From Candidatus Saccharimonadota bacterium (GTDB lineage Archaea > Micrarchaeota > Micrarchaeia > Micrarchaeales > Micrarchaeaceae), in contig OY969114.1 in assembly GCA_963698035.1 (NCBI GenBank), positions 360,001 to 392,000 on the forward strand: 32,000 bases of DNA, written 5' to 3'. The notes under the pieces are model-generated. The model was not told where the DNA came from. It saw only the letters and a program-made list of their open reading frames with translations, and searched no databases. Shown here in pieces: positions 15,925 to 22,584 of the stretch. Positions within the stretch are counted from its first letter, which is position 1; each line of letters begins with the position of its first letter. A program made the position numbers and the translations under genes.

Positions 15925-16407
15925 TTAGTCTGATACGCCGAAGCTGTCAAGGGTATGGATTTCGTGATTCTCTATCAGGATAGCAGTTGTGCGCCTAAGC
16001 CTTCGCAGATTGCTCCGGCCTCTTAACAACTCCATCCCGGTTTCATCAATGTTTACCTTTATCTCATCTGACTTAGAATCCAAGAACTTTTCAAGGCACT
16101 CGTCTGAATATCCAAGCAGCCTGCGCAGAGTTGGAGGTCCCGGGTTGTCATTAAGACACTCATCCGGGCGTCCGAATAGTTTGTGTTGAATAGACGAAGG
16201 AGGGCGCCCAGCGCCATTTGGGACTAACGTGCCGGCCTCTTCAAGAGGACTACCTATTATCCTGTGCCCCACATATCTTTCACCTCTAATGTGCGAACCT
16301 TTCGGCGTTATGGTAACCTCTCTGCCCTTGCTCTTGTCCTCTATGTCAACAGTCACTTCCGAATGAAAAGCTGCCCTATCTTCCGCTACCCTGCTAGCTG
16401 CGACCAT
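15925..16407 (-). CDS. Hypothetical protein (160 aa)
   Basis: The ORF has a TATA-like CTATAAATAT ~30 nt upstream of its ATG, which suggests a leaderless transcript. I recognise no motif. Confidence 0.45.
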   Translation of the reverse strand: MVAASRVAEDRAAFHSEVTVDIEDKSKGREVTITPKGSHIRGERYVGHRIIGSPLEEAGTLVPNGAGRPPSSIQHKLFGRPDECLNDNPGPPTLRRLLGYSDECLEKFLDSKSDEIKVNIDETGMELLRGRSNLRRLRRTTAILIENHEIHTLDSFGVSD

Positions 16408-16579
16408 GATACCCCAGATAAAATTACACTTTGGATATTTATAGCTTGGTTTGGATTTTATTACCTGATTTATAGAGACGCCTATGCTGCCAATTCTCGC
16501 TTTTGACAGGTTCTTGGTGGTGTTGCCTTGCCGTGCACATAATACTCGCTTCGGTTGGGATTGCGCTTCTGCGATTTGG

Positions 16580-16601
16580 CTTCTTCAGCGTGCTGAAGAA
16601 G
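16580..16601 (-). terminator. 9-bp perfect hairpin 3 nt downstream of the membrane-protein stop
   Basis: CTTCTTCAG-CGTG-CTGAAGAAG. No oligo-T tract follows, so terminator function is speculative. Confidence 0.25.
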
Positions 16602-16604
16602 TGA

Positions 16605-17282
16605 CTATATGGCAAGGAAGACAAGCCAAGTTGCTATGGGGACGGTAAGATTGTCGTACTTGCTAGGGGTGAATGCCTCTACAAGGGTAGCCACAAGTGA
16701 CGCGATGATGGCTATGAATAGGAGCAGGGAGCTTAAATTGGGAAAGAAGACTATAAACATAACAAAAATGCTGAAAAGCGTGCCAATGAACAGTGCAAGG
16801 CTTCCCTCTATGCTTTTTCTTCCATCGAAGTACTTGTACTTTGCATATTTACCGGCAATCGGAGCAATACCATCGCCGAAGGTCATCGCGCACAACGCCG
16901 CAACGCCTCCGGGGGTCTTGAAGGCAACAAATGTGAAGAGTATAAAAATAAGTAAGAATATGAGTGGCCCGAATAAGACCTCCTTTGCATCTCCACTTCT
17001 TGTGAAGCGCATCATCCTTTGCTTATACCCTCCGCCTGCAATTGTACCGAAAAGAAGTAGCACTATAGTGATAAATATCGGAATTGTGAAGAGCCATTGG
17101 GCGATGCTTGAATTAAACAGGAACCAGAATAATATCAGGCCGCCGAGCCACAGGTGTACGACCTTCCTAGATGTTGACTTGGATATCTTGCCTATTCCGA
17201 CAAGATAATTCATCGAAATTATTATGGCGAAAACATAGACCAGTTCTGCAGCCCCGATGCCTATGTTGTAGAGCAGGGACAT
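16605..17282 (-). CDS. Polytopic membrane protein of the CTP-dependent polyprenol (dolichol/phytol) kinase / cytidylyltransferase family
   Basis: Several hydrophobic helices. The SRKVVHLWLG and FGDGIAPIAGKY...KSIEGSLA motifs are characteristic of the dolichol/phytol kinase-CdsA superfamily. Confidence 0.55.
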   Translation of the reverse strand: MSLLYNIGIGAAELVYVFAIIISMNYLVGIGKISKSTSRKVVHLWLGGLILFWFLFNSSIAQWLFTIPIFITIVLLLFGTIAGGGYKQRMMRFTRSGDAKEVLFGPLIFLLIFILFTFVAFKTPGGVAALCAMTFGDGIAPIAGKYAKYKYFDGRKSIEGSLALFIGTLFSIFVMFIVFFPNLSSLLLFIAIIASLVATLVEAFTPSKYDNLTVPIATWLVFLAI

Positions 17283-17294
17283 TCAAGCACCAGA

Positions 17295-17816
17295 TTACCT
17301 GACCCCTAGGTGCTCCAATATAATATTCATCGACTCTTCCAGGGCCCCCGAGTTTCTTATTGTTATTATGTTTCCGTCTATCTCCATACTCTTCTCAGAA
17401 AGAGTCCCGTGAAATACCTGGATTGTGCGCTTTGTCTCGGTATCCTGGGGCGCGGCTATCTTCTTCCCCTTTATGACATTAGCCCTTGCTATTATTTTTT
17501 GCGCGTTGCCCACCGCGGCTATGTACTTATTGGCGTTGTTAAGCTTTAGCAGTATGTCTAAGAGGGGCCTGAACTCCTGCAGCTTGTACGATTCGACACC
17601 GTTCCCATCTACAAGCAGTATTCCATCGTATTGGTAGGGGTCAACCTTGTTCGTGTTTATGCTGAGCTTCTGCACCGCGCCGTGCATCCCTGTACAGGCC
17701 TTTGTGCTGTAGCTCGTTATGTCGTACCCTATCCCCCACTTGTCGAAGAAGGTCTTTGTTGTGGAGAGGGTCTCGTCCTTGAATTCGTTTGGCGGTATGA
17801 ATATTAGGAACTTCAT
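17295..17816 (-). CDS. DJ-1/PfpI-like (class I glutamine amidotransferase-like fold) protein lacking the nucleophile Cys
   Basis: MKFLIFIPPNEF...YDGILLVDGNG...YIAAVGNAQKII...ITIRN follows the DJ-1/PfpI layout. The usual AAIC(H)G elbow reads AAVGNA here. Confidence 0.55.
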   Translation of the reverse strand: MKFLIFIPPNEFKDETLSTTKTFFDKWGIGYDITSYSTKACTGMHGAVQKLSINTNKVDPYQYDGILLVDGNGVESYKLQEFRPLLDILLKLNNANKYIAAVGNAQKIIARANVIKGKKIAAPQDTETKRTIQVFHGTLSEKSMEIDGNIITIRNSGALEESMNIILEHLGVR

Positions 17817-17861
17817 TTAGCACCAACTTCGCTCAGATGGCTCCCTTTTTTGGGCATGCGG

Positions 17862-18605
17862 TCACGATTCCATATACGGCGCCAAAAAGTAGGCGACTGT
17901 GGCGTCTCCTATCGTGTAGTCGATCTTTATTGGCTCCTCTGATTTAAGCGAGAGCATTATAGAATTGCCTGATGGGCAGGCCCTGACTATCCTATCAAGA
18001 TATTCCAAGTTGAAAGTTACGGAGGATGCCTTTGTTACATTTATCTTCTTTACGAAATCTGTGTTGTTGGCATGCTCCTCCTCAAGCTCGGCCGCGTCTC
18101 CCTTGGCAACTATCTTGAAGTTGTCCTTCTCCGTCCTGAATCCCACAAGCGATGATAATGAGGTCGCGTCTTTCAGTACCTCCCTGAACGGGTCGCTCTT
18201 GACCTCTATCTGCGACTCGAACTCTATCTTGGGCTCCTTGTCGGCCTCCTTCTTGATGTCTATCATGGGCAGCTTATACCTTCTCCTGCTGTTCTCCCCG
18301 ATGAACTCTATCGAAAACTTGTTGCCGGCGTCCTTCATGACCAGCTGCTCGTTGTTTCTGGAGCTGGAGAGGATCTTGCTGAGGTTCTCTAGGTTTAAGC
18401 CTATCTGCGCCGGTTTTTCAACGTCATATTTTGAGAATGCTTTGTTCGGTATGAAGAAGGAGACCATGCTTATCCCTGAGGGATCCATCGCCTTCAGCGA
18501 TATGCCGTCCTTTGCGATTGTAAAAGTCCCTTCATCCACCAGGCTGACTATGGAGTCAACGCAATTTCTCCAATAGCGAGCATCGTCTATCTTTATGTCG
18601 AACAT
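17862..18605 (-). CDS. pcn: DNA polymerase sliding clamp PCNA
   Basis: MFDIKIDDARYWRNCVDSIVSLVDEGTF...ISLKAMDPSGISMV... and the ~247 aa length are typical of archaeal PCNA. I prefer the ATG at 18605 over the track start at 18626. Confidence 0.88.
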   Translation of the reverse strand: MFDIKIDDARYWRNCVDSIVSLVDEGTFTIAKDGISLKAMDPSGISMVSFFIPNKAFSKYDVEKPAQIGLNLENLSKILSSSRNNEQLVMKDAGNKFSIEFIGENSRRRYKLPMIDIKKEADKEPKIEFESQIEVKSDPFREVLKDATSLSSLVGFRTEKDNFKIVAKGDAAELEEEHANNTDFVKKINVTKASSVTFNLEYLDRIVRACPSGNSIMLSLKSEEPIKIDYTIGDATVAYFLAPYMES

Positions 18606-18773
18606 ATGACCACACAGTAATAGCAATTATACTCTGTCGTAAAGGAATAAAAAGATATGCAAATTTGCGATGTAAGCAGATACTGCTTGTTCTCCTGACC
18701 TCTCATCCATGTATCTTGAAAATATGCAACTAAAGGCTTTTATGGGGTCTTAGGCAATAATTTTGATTGCTTG

Positions 18774-18935
18774 ATGGAAAAGTGCGGGTGCTGCAGAAAG
18801 AGATTCGATTGCGAGGGCAGAAGTGGGAAGGTGTGCTGGTGTTTTTCTGCAAAAGCGTCCAAAAATGCATTGGAGAGGATACGGAAGAAGACAAAAAGAT
18901 GCGTATGTAGATCCTGCCTTTCAGGGACCACATGA
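18774..18935 (+). CDS. Cysteine-rich CWC family small protein (53 aa)
   Basis: Below the ORF-track size cutoff. Translation: MEKCGCCRKRFDCEGRSGKVCWCFSAKASKNALERIRKKTKRCVCRSCLSGTT. The pattern C-x2-C..F-x-C....CWC....C-x-C-x2-CL matches the Cys_rich_CWC family as I remember it. The stop lies 2 nt from the tRNA-Pro 3' end. Confidence 0.6.
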   Translation: MEKCGCCRKRFDCEGRSGKVCWCFSAKASKNALERIRKKTKRCVCRSCLSGTT

Positions 18936-18937
18936 AA

Positions 18938-19010
18938 TGGGGCTGCCGAGATTTGAACTCGGATAACCGCGACCCGAACGCGGTAGTCTGCCAGGTTAGC
19001 GTACAGCCCC
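18938..19010 (-). tRNA. tRNA-Pro (anticodon CGG), with an atypically weak D-stem
   Basis: Reverse complement: GGGGCTG TA CGCT AACCTGGCA GACT A CCGCG TTCGGGT CGCGG TTAT CCGAG TTCAAAT CTCGG CAGCCCC A. The acceptor, anticodon and T arms pair perfectly. The D-stem (CGCT/GACT) forms only about 2 pairs. Confidence 0.7.
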
Positions 19011-19076
19011 TAAGCTGCATCTAATAACAGGATTAACTAATAAAAGGGGCTACGCTAGCATGCGGCGATGGTTTTT

Positions 19077-19901
19077 CTAACTACTTTCCCTTCGTGGCTG
19101 TTCGAGTTGTGCAAGCGGCTCAAGCGGTTCTAGACCCTCATCGATCCTGCGCAGGAGTGTATTTCTTATAGATTCGTGCAGTTTGCGTACTCTTCCTACA
19201 TACCCGGATATTTTTTCATAATCAGGGGATGCCTGCATGTGCTCCTGATCTATTGCCAAGGCGTACTGCTCGGCTGCAAAGGTGCCCTGAACCGACCTTT
19301 CCGTAGGGAATGAATAGTGCTTTTTGCCGTTTGATATAGCAACTTCTGGGAACATTTCGGCGATCTTACCTGCAACTATCGCAGCGAGCTCGGCTTGCTC
19401 CGCGGAATAGACGTGCTCCTGTTCATTGGATGCTTTCTTCGAGTTCATTTTCAGTTTCTCTAGGAATTCGGTTAGAAGAATCATTGAGGGGGCATGTACC
19501 GGGTCCTCAGTTGCATCCGCCATTGATTTTGCCAAATCGAATATATCATTAACATCGTCTTCGTCCATGGTTGAAGGATAGTTGTAATAGGTGTTGATTA
19601 GTCCCTCCGTTGCCTCGTTTATTGAATATCTCTGATTATTGTGTATCAGCTCTACGACCTTTATGGCCTGTTCCCTCGCCTGGATTGTATCTCCACTATC
19701 TTTCAATGCCCTGGCGCTCGCATCTAGGTCACATATCAGATCCTGAGCTATGCGTGCCCCGTGGATTATCATTCCGTTGCCCATGCAACTTTCTATGTCA
19801 GTCTCTACAAGCTTTACCTTCTCAAGGCTCATTATTTTGGGTGCGCTTTGCTCCGCTGAGACAGTTGTTATACTACTCGCATGGTGCTTGGTGCCACTCA
19901 T
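19077..19901 (-). CDS. Hypothetical acidic protein (274 aa)
   Basis: Long ORF transcribed divergently from priL. Predicted helical and Glu/Asp-rich, with no motif I recognise. The start codon is uncertain (an internal Met lies at residue 24). Confidence 0.5.
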   Translation of the reverse strand: MSGTKHHASSITTVSAEQSAPKIMSLEKVKLVETDIESCMGNGMIIHGARIAQDLICDLDASARALKDSGDTIQAREQAIKVVELIHNNQRYSINEATEGLINTYYNYPSTMDEDDVNDIFDLAKSMADATEDPVHAPSMILLTEFLEKLKMNSKKASNEQEHVYSAEQAELAAIVAGKIAEMFPEVAISNGKKHYSFPTERSVQGTFAAEQYALAIDQEHMQASPDYEKISGYVGRVRKLHESIRNTLLRRIDEGLEPLEPLAQLEQPRRESS

Positions 19902-19999
19902 GTTATCACATAATATGAAGTTATGATTTCCGAGATATTTATATGTTGCTTTGAGGCTCTAGGCATCAAGCTTTTATTATTCTATGCTTAAATGTTATT

Positions 20000-20953
20000 A
20001 TGGCCGCAGAGGATATAATTTCATTCGCGTACAAATATCCCTTCTCTGGTGAGGCAAAGGAGTTGATCTCCTCTGCAGAGAAGAAATCGTATATTTTTTC
20101 TGATAGGTTCCTGGAACTTGCAAAGGTGCGACTTGAGGAGGCCTTTGCAGGCAAGAAGATAGAGTTCAGGAAGATAAAGTACGGCCAGCTCGACTACATA
20201 ATCGGATATGCATATGCACGGATGCTCGTAAGCGCGATGGGCAACAGGTATGCGATATCCACATACGCAGAGGCCGAGGCGAGTCGTTCGAAGGATGCAA
20301 TGGAGGGTGACAGCGATATAAACGTCGCAAGGCTTTCTGAGGAGCTCGGCCTTAAGCTGAAACTGCGCGGGGAAGAGTTCGAGATAAGCCTGTCGAGCTT
20401 TTTGGCCTATACGGCCGAAGAGGGAGGTCTCTCGCTCACCAACTTCAAGCTGCATGCCGGTTCTGTGCTGCTGGGCAAGCACGATCTTGCAGAGGCTCTG
20501 GGCGGGGCAATGCGGCACGAGATATCGAAGGGTCTTCCGATAAAGCAGTCCACTATTCCATCAGATATTGTGCTCTTCGCAAAAACGATACCGCAGCCTA
20601 AGATCATCGTCAAGGGGATACGGCTCGGTAAAGGGCTTGTATGGGTAGAGCAGCTTCTCAATACGCCCATCCCTGACGTCAGGCATAGAACCGTGAACCT
20701 GATTCTGGCTCCCTACTTGGTAAATATAAAGGGACTGGGGGAAGAGGAAGCATCCAAAATAATATCTGATTACATCGTGAAGTGCAAGGCGATAGATCCG
20801 AATACTAGGATAACCGACAGCTACATAAGGTACCAATGCGGTTATGCAAAGAGGAAGGGATTGAGACCTCTGTCATTCATCCACGCCAAGGAGCTTCTTG
20901 GCGATTTCATCGAAATGGGGCAGGAGAGCAAATCGGTGGTGAAGAATGAGTGA
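20000..20953 (+). CDS. priL: DNA primase large subunit PriL (variant lacking the Fe-S cysteine ligands)
   Basis: YKYPF near the N-terminus, ...RYAISTYAEAEASR (the RYA-AEA motif), and LHAGSVLLGKHDLAEALGGAMRHEI. The C-terminal domain is ...HRTVNLILAPYLVNIKGLGEEEA...IRYQCGYAKRKGL. All of these parallel archaeal PriL as I recall it (for example Sulfolobus). Confidence 0.8.
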   Translation: MAAEDIISFAYKYPFSGEAKELISSAEKKSYIFSDRFLELAKVRLEEAFAGKKIEFRKIKYGQLDYIIGYAYARMLVSAMGNRYAISTYAEAEASRSKDAMEGDSDINVARLSEELGLKLKLRGEEFEISLSSFLAYTAEEGGLSLTNFKLHAGSVLLGKHDLAEALGGAMRHEISKGLPIKQSTIPSDIVLFAKTIPQPKIIVKGIRLGKGLVWVEQLLNTPIPDVRHRTVNLILAPYLVNIKGLGEEEASKIISDYIVKCKAIDPNTRITDSYIRYQCGYAKRKGLRPLSFIHAKELLGDFIEMGQESKSVVKNE

Positions 20954-21098
20954 GATTGTATCTTTATGTAATGTATGCGGCAAGTTCGCTCGGAACAGGT
21001 GCAAACTGTGCGGAAAGATGGTCTGCGGCAGGCATTACGACTCGCAAACTGGGCTCTGCCATTCTTGCAAGAGGGGAAGGACCGCATCGCACAAGTAG
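20946..21098 (+). CDS. 50-aa zinc-binding microprotein (8 Cys/His ligands, cross-brace-like spacing)
   Basis: Below the track cutoff. Translation: MSEIVSLCNVCGKFARNRCKLCGKMVCGRHYDSQTGLCHSCKRGRTASHK, with spacing C-x2-C-x7-C-x2-C-x4-C-x2-H-x7-C-x2-C. Its ATG overlaps the priL stop (ATGAGTGA). The track ORF 20950..21141 is a different, implausible frame. Confidence 0.6.
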   Translation: MSEIVSLCNVCGKFARNRCKLCGKMVCGRHYDSQTGLCHSCKRGRTASHK

Positions 21099-21320
21099 CC
21101 TTTTAAATCTTATTCAACATAATATTAGCGTCAAACGGTAATAGGGGCAGGGAAACGCCCAAACCCATTCCGAAAATAAGAACATGTAACGTATGTCTTA
21201 TCGGGAACTTGGAAGCTAAGCCTGCCCACGATATGTGTGTACTGCCTTCGGTGGGAAAGCATATTGCTGTTTGGCACCTTCCGTAATGACTTAGCATTTG
21301 CGTTCTTTGTGGGGTATAAG

Positions 21321-21782
21321 ATGACTGAGCTTTATGAAGAAATGCTAAATTGGCCGCCTGGCGAGCAAGCTAAATATATCAGAGGCTTGGCAGATGGTGA
21401 GGGTAGCGTGCGGCTTTACACACATCGAGGACCCAAAAAGGGTCATCATTATACAGGAGAGGTAAATTTCCGCGCAATATCCATTTCTAATACAAATAAG
21501 TGCTTGTTGGATACAGTACAGCTTATGCTGATGAAGCTCGGAATAAGGTCGCACATTTATTTGGATACACCCAAAGATATTAGAAAATCCACTATGGATG
21601 CCTTTGTTTTAATGATTTTGGACAAAGAAAGTTTAATAGGGTATAAAAATAGTATAGGATTTAGCATCACAAGCAAACAAGAGATTCTAGACCGCATTAT
21701 AAAGTCCTACAAAGGTAATGCGCGTAGAGTTCAACCAATCAAATTAGAAGGAGGAGTATGGAGGGCAAAAAATCCATTATAA
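21321..21782 (+). CDS. Single-motif LAGLIDADG homing endonuclease, free-standing
   Basis: One YIRGLADGEGSV (LAGLIDADG) motif lies ~20 aa from the ATG at 21321. ...LMLMKLGIRSHIY... and the 153-aa size fit homodimeric I-CreI-type enzymes. By eye it is more A/T-rich than the flanks. The last 25 nt overlap the Rpp21 start. Confidence 0.8.
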   Translation: MTELYEEMLNWPPGEQAKYIRGLADGEGSVRLYTHRGPKKGHHYTGEVNFRAISISNTNKCLLDTVQLMLMKLGIRSHIYLDTPKDIRKSTMDAFVLMILDKESLIGYKNSIGFSITSKQEILDRIIKSYKGNARRVQPIKLEGGVWRAKNPL

Positions 21783-22063
21783 GCGGAATCGCCAAAGAAC
21801 GCATAGAGATACTTTTCGACCTTGCAGAGAAGACGGCGCCCAAGGACAGCGGGCTCTCTTCGAGATACGTATCAATAATGGAGAGGATAAGCACACACTA
21901 CAGGGTAGGCCTACCGCCTGAAATAAAGAACAGGATATGCAAAAAGTGCTCGCTCGTTCTCGTTCCTGGGCTTAACTGCAACGTGATAATAGGCAGCTCG
22001 AAGGGATTCGTGATCTACAAATGCGTGAAGTGCGGATCAGAGCATCACATATGGTATAAGTGA
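21758..22063 (+). CDS. rnp4: RNase P protein component 4 (Rpp21/Rpr2)
   Basis: IAKERIEILFDLAEKT... at the N-terminus and a zinc ribbon CKKC...CVKCG at the C-terminus. A GGAGGAG Shine-Dalgarno site lies directly upstream. Confidence 0.82.
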   Translation: MEGKKSIISGIAKERIEILFDLAEKTAPKDSGLSSRYVSIMERISTHYRVGLPPEIKNRICKKCSLVLVPGLNCNVIIGSSKGFVIYKCVKCGSEHHIWYK

Positions 22064-22429
22064 CTACTTCTTCGGCGCCCTGCCCTGCGCCTTGAGCCAC
22101 CTTATCAACTCCCTGTCGATATCTATGGCGCTGTTGTCGACCACCGGTATCTTCAACCCTCCGAACTGGTCGGTGCTTATCTCTATCATAGGTTTGTACT
22201 CCTGCATCTCGGCATAGCACACCCTGATGATGTGGTATCTGCCCTTGAGGAGCTCTTCGTCCCAGCTCCTTTCTCCTAGCGTAAAGACCGTGTACACTAC
22301 GCCGTCGCACCATGAGAGGAGTGTCGGACTCCCGTCAGGCCTTATTCTCTGGAGCACCAGTCCCTTCAGGTCCATCTTGCATGCCTCGTGCACGATCAGC
22401 TCCTTTATTGGTTCTTCTGTTATCTTCAT
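22064..22429 (-). CDS. Hypothetical protein (121 aa)
   Basis: I set the start at ATG 22429 (MKITEEP...). The longer track ORF, which reaches 22465, would overlap tRNA-Ile. No motif recognised. Confidence 0.5.
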   Translation of the reverse strand: MKITEEPIKELIVHEACKMDLKGLVLQRIRPDGSPTLLSWCDGVVYTVFTLGERSWDEELLKGRYHIIRVCYAEMQEYKPMIEISTDQFGGLKIPVVDNSAIDIDRELIRWLKAQGRAPKK

Positions 22430-22440
22430 TCTACACACCA

Positions 22441-22553
22441 TGGGCCCAGTGAGATTTGAACTCACGACATCTGGCTTGCCTATAAAACTTTTGGGAATTC
22501 TTCCAAAGATTTATTATAAGACCAGCGCTCTAACCAGACTGAGCTATGAGCCC
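22441..22553 (-). tRNA. tRNA-Ile (anticodon UAU) with a 38-nt intron at the canonical 37/38 position
   Basis: Reverse complement: GGGCTCA TA GCTC AGTCTGGTTA GAGC G CTGGT CTTATA[ATAAATCTTTGGAAGAATTCCCAAAAGTTTTATAGGCA]A GCCAG ATGTC GTGAG TTCAAAT CTCAC TGGGCCC A. The body is Ile-like, and the intron contains its own hairpin. A TATA-like TTTAATAG lies ~30 nt upstream. Confidence 0.85.
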
Positions 22554-22584
22554 CAGATTAATTCTTCTGCAAGACTATTAAAGG

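Noticed and set aside
18730-19020. 96-aa - strand ORF
   Set aside because: It runs through the tRNA-Pro gene (18938..19010) and is antisense to the motif-rich CWC microORF, so it has no independent support.
20950-21141. 63-aa + strand ORF after priL
   Set aside because: The alternative frame starting at 20946 gives a regularly spaced 8-ligand zinc protein with translational coupling to priL. The listed frame has no recognisable features.
21099-21320. SRP RNA or RNase P RNA upstream of the Rpp21 gene
   Set aside because: I could not find the hallmark conserved segments: GAGGAAAGUCC and ACAGAA-type elements for RNase P RNA, or the GUCAGG...GGAAGCAGCC helix-8 motif for SRP RNA. Only a weak GGAAGCTAAGCC resemblance is present. 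The region is kept as an unclassified structured-RNA candidate instead.
22430-22465. N-terminal 12 codons of the track ORF 22064..22465
   Set aside because: This extension overlaps the 3' part of tRNA-Ile. The internal ATG at 22429 gives a non-overlapping gene.
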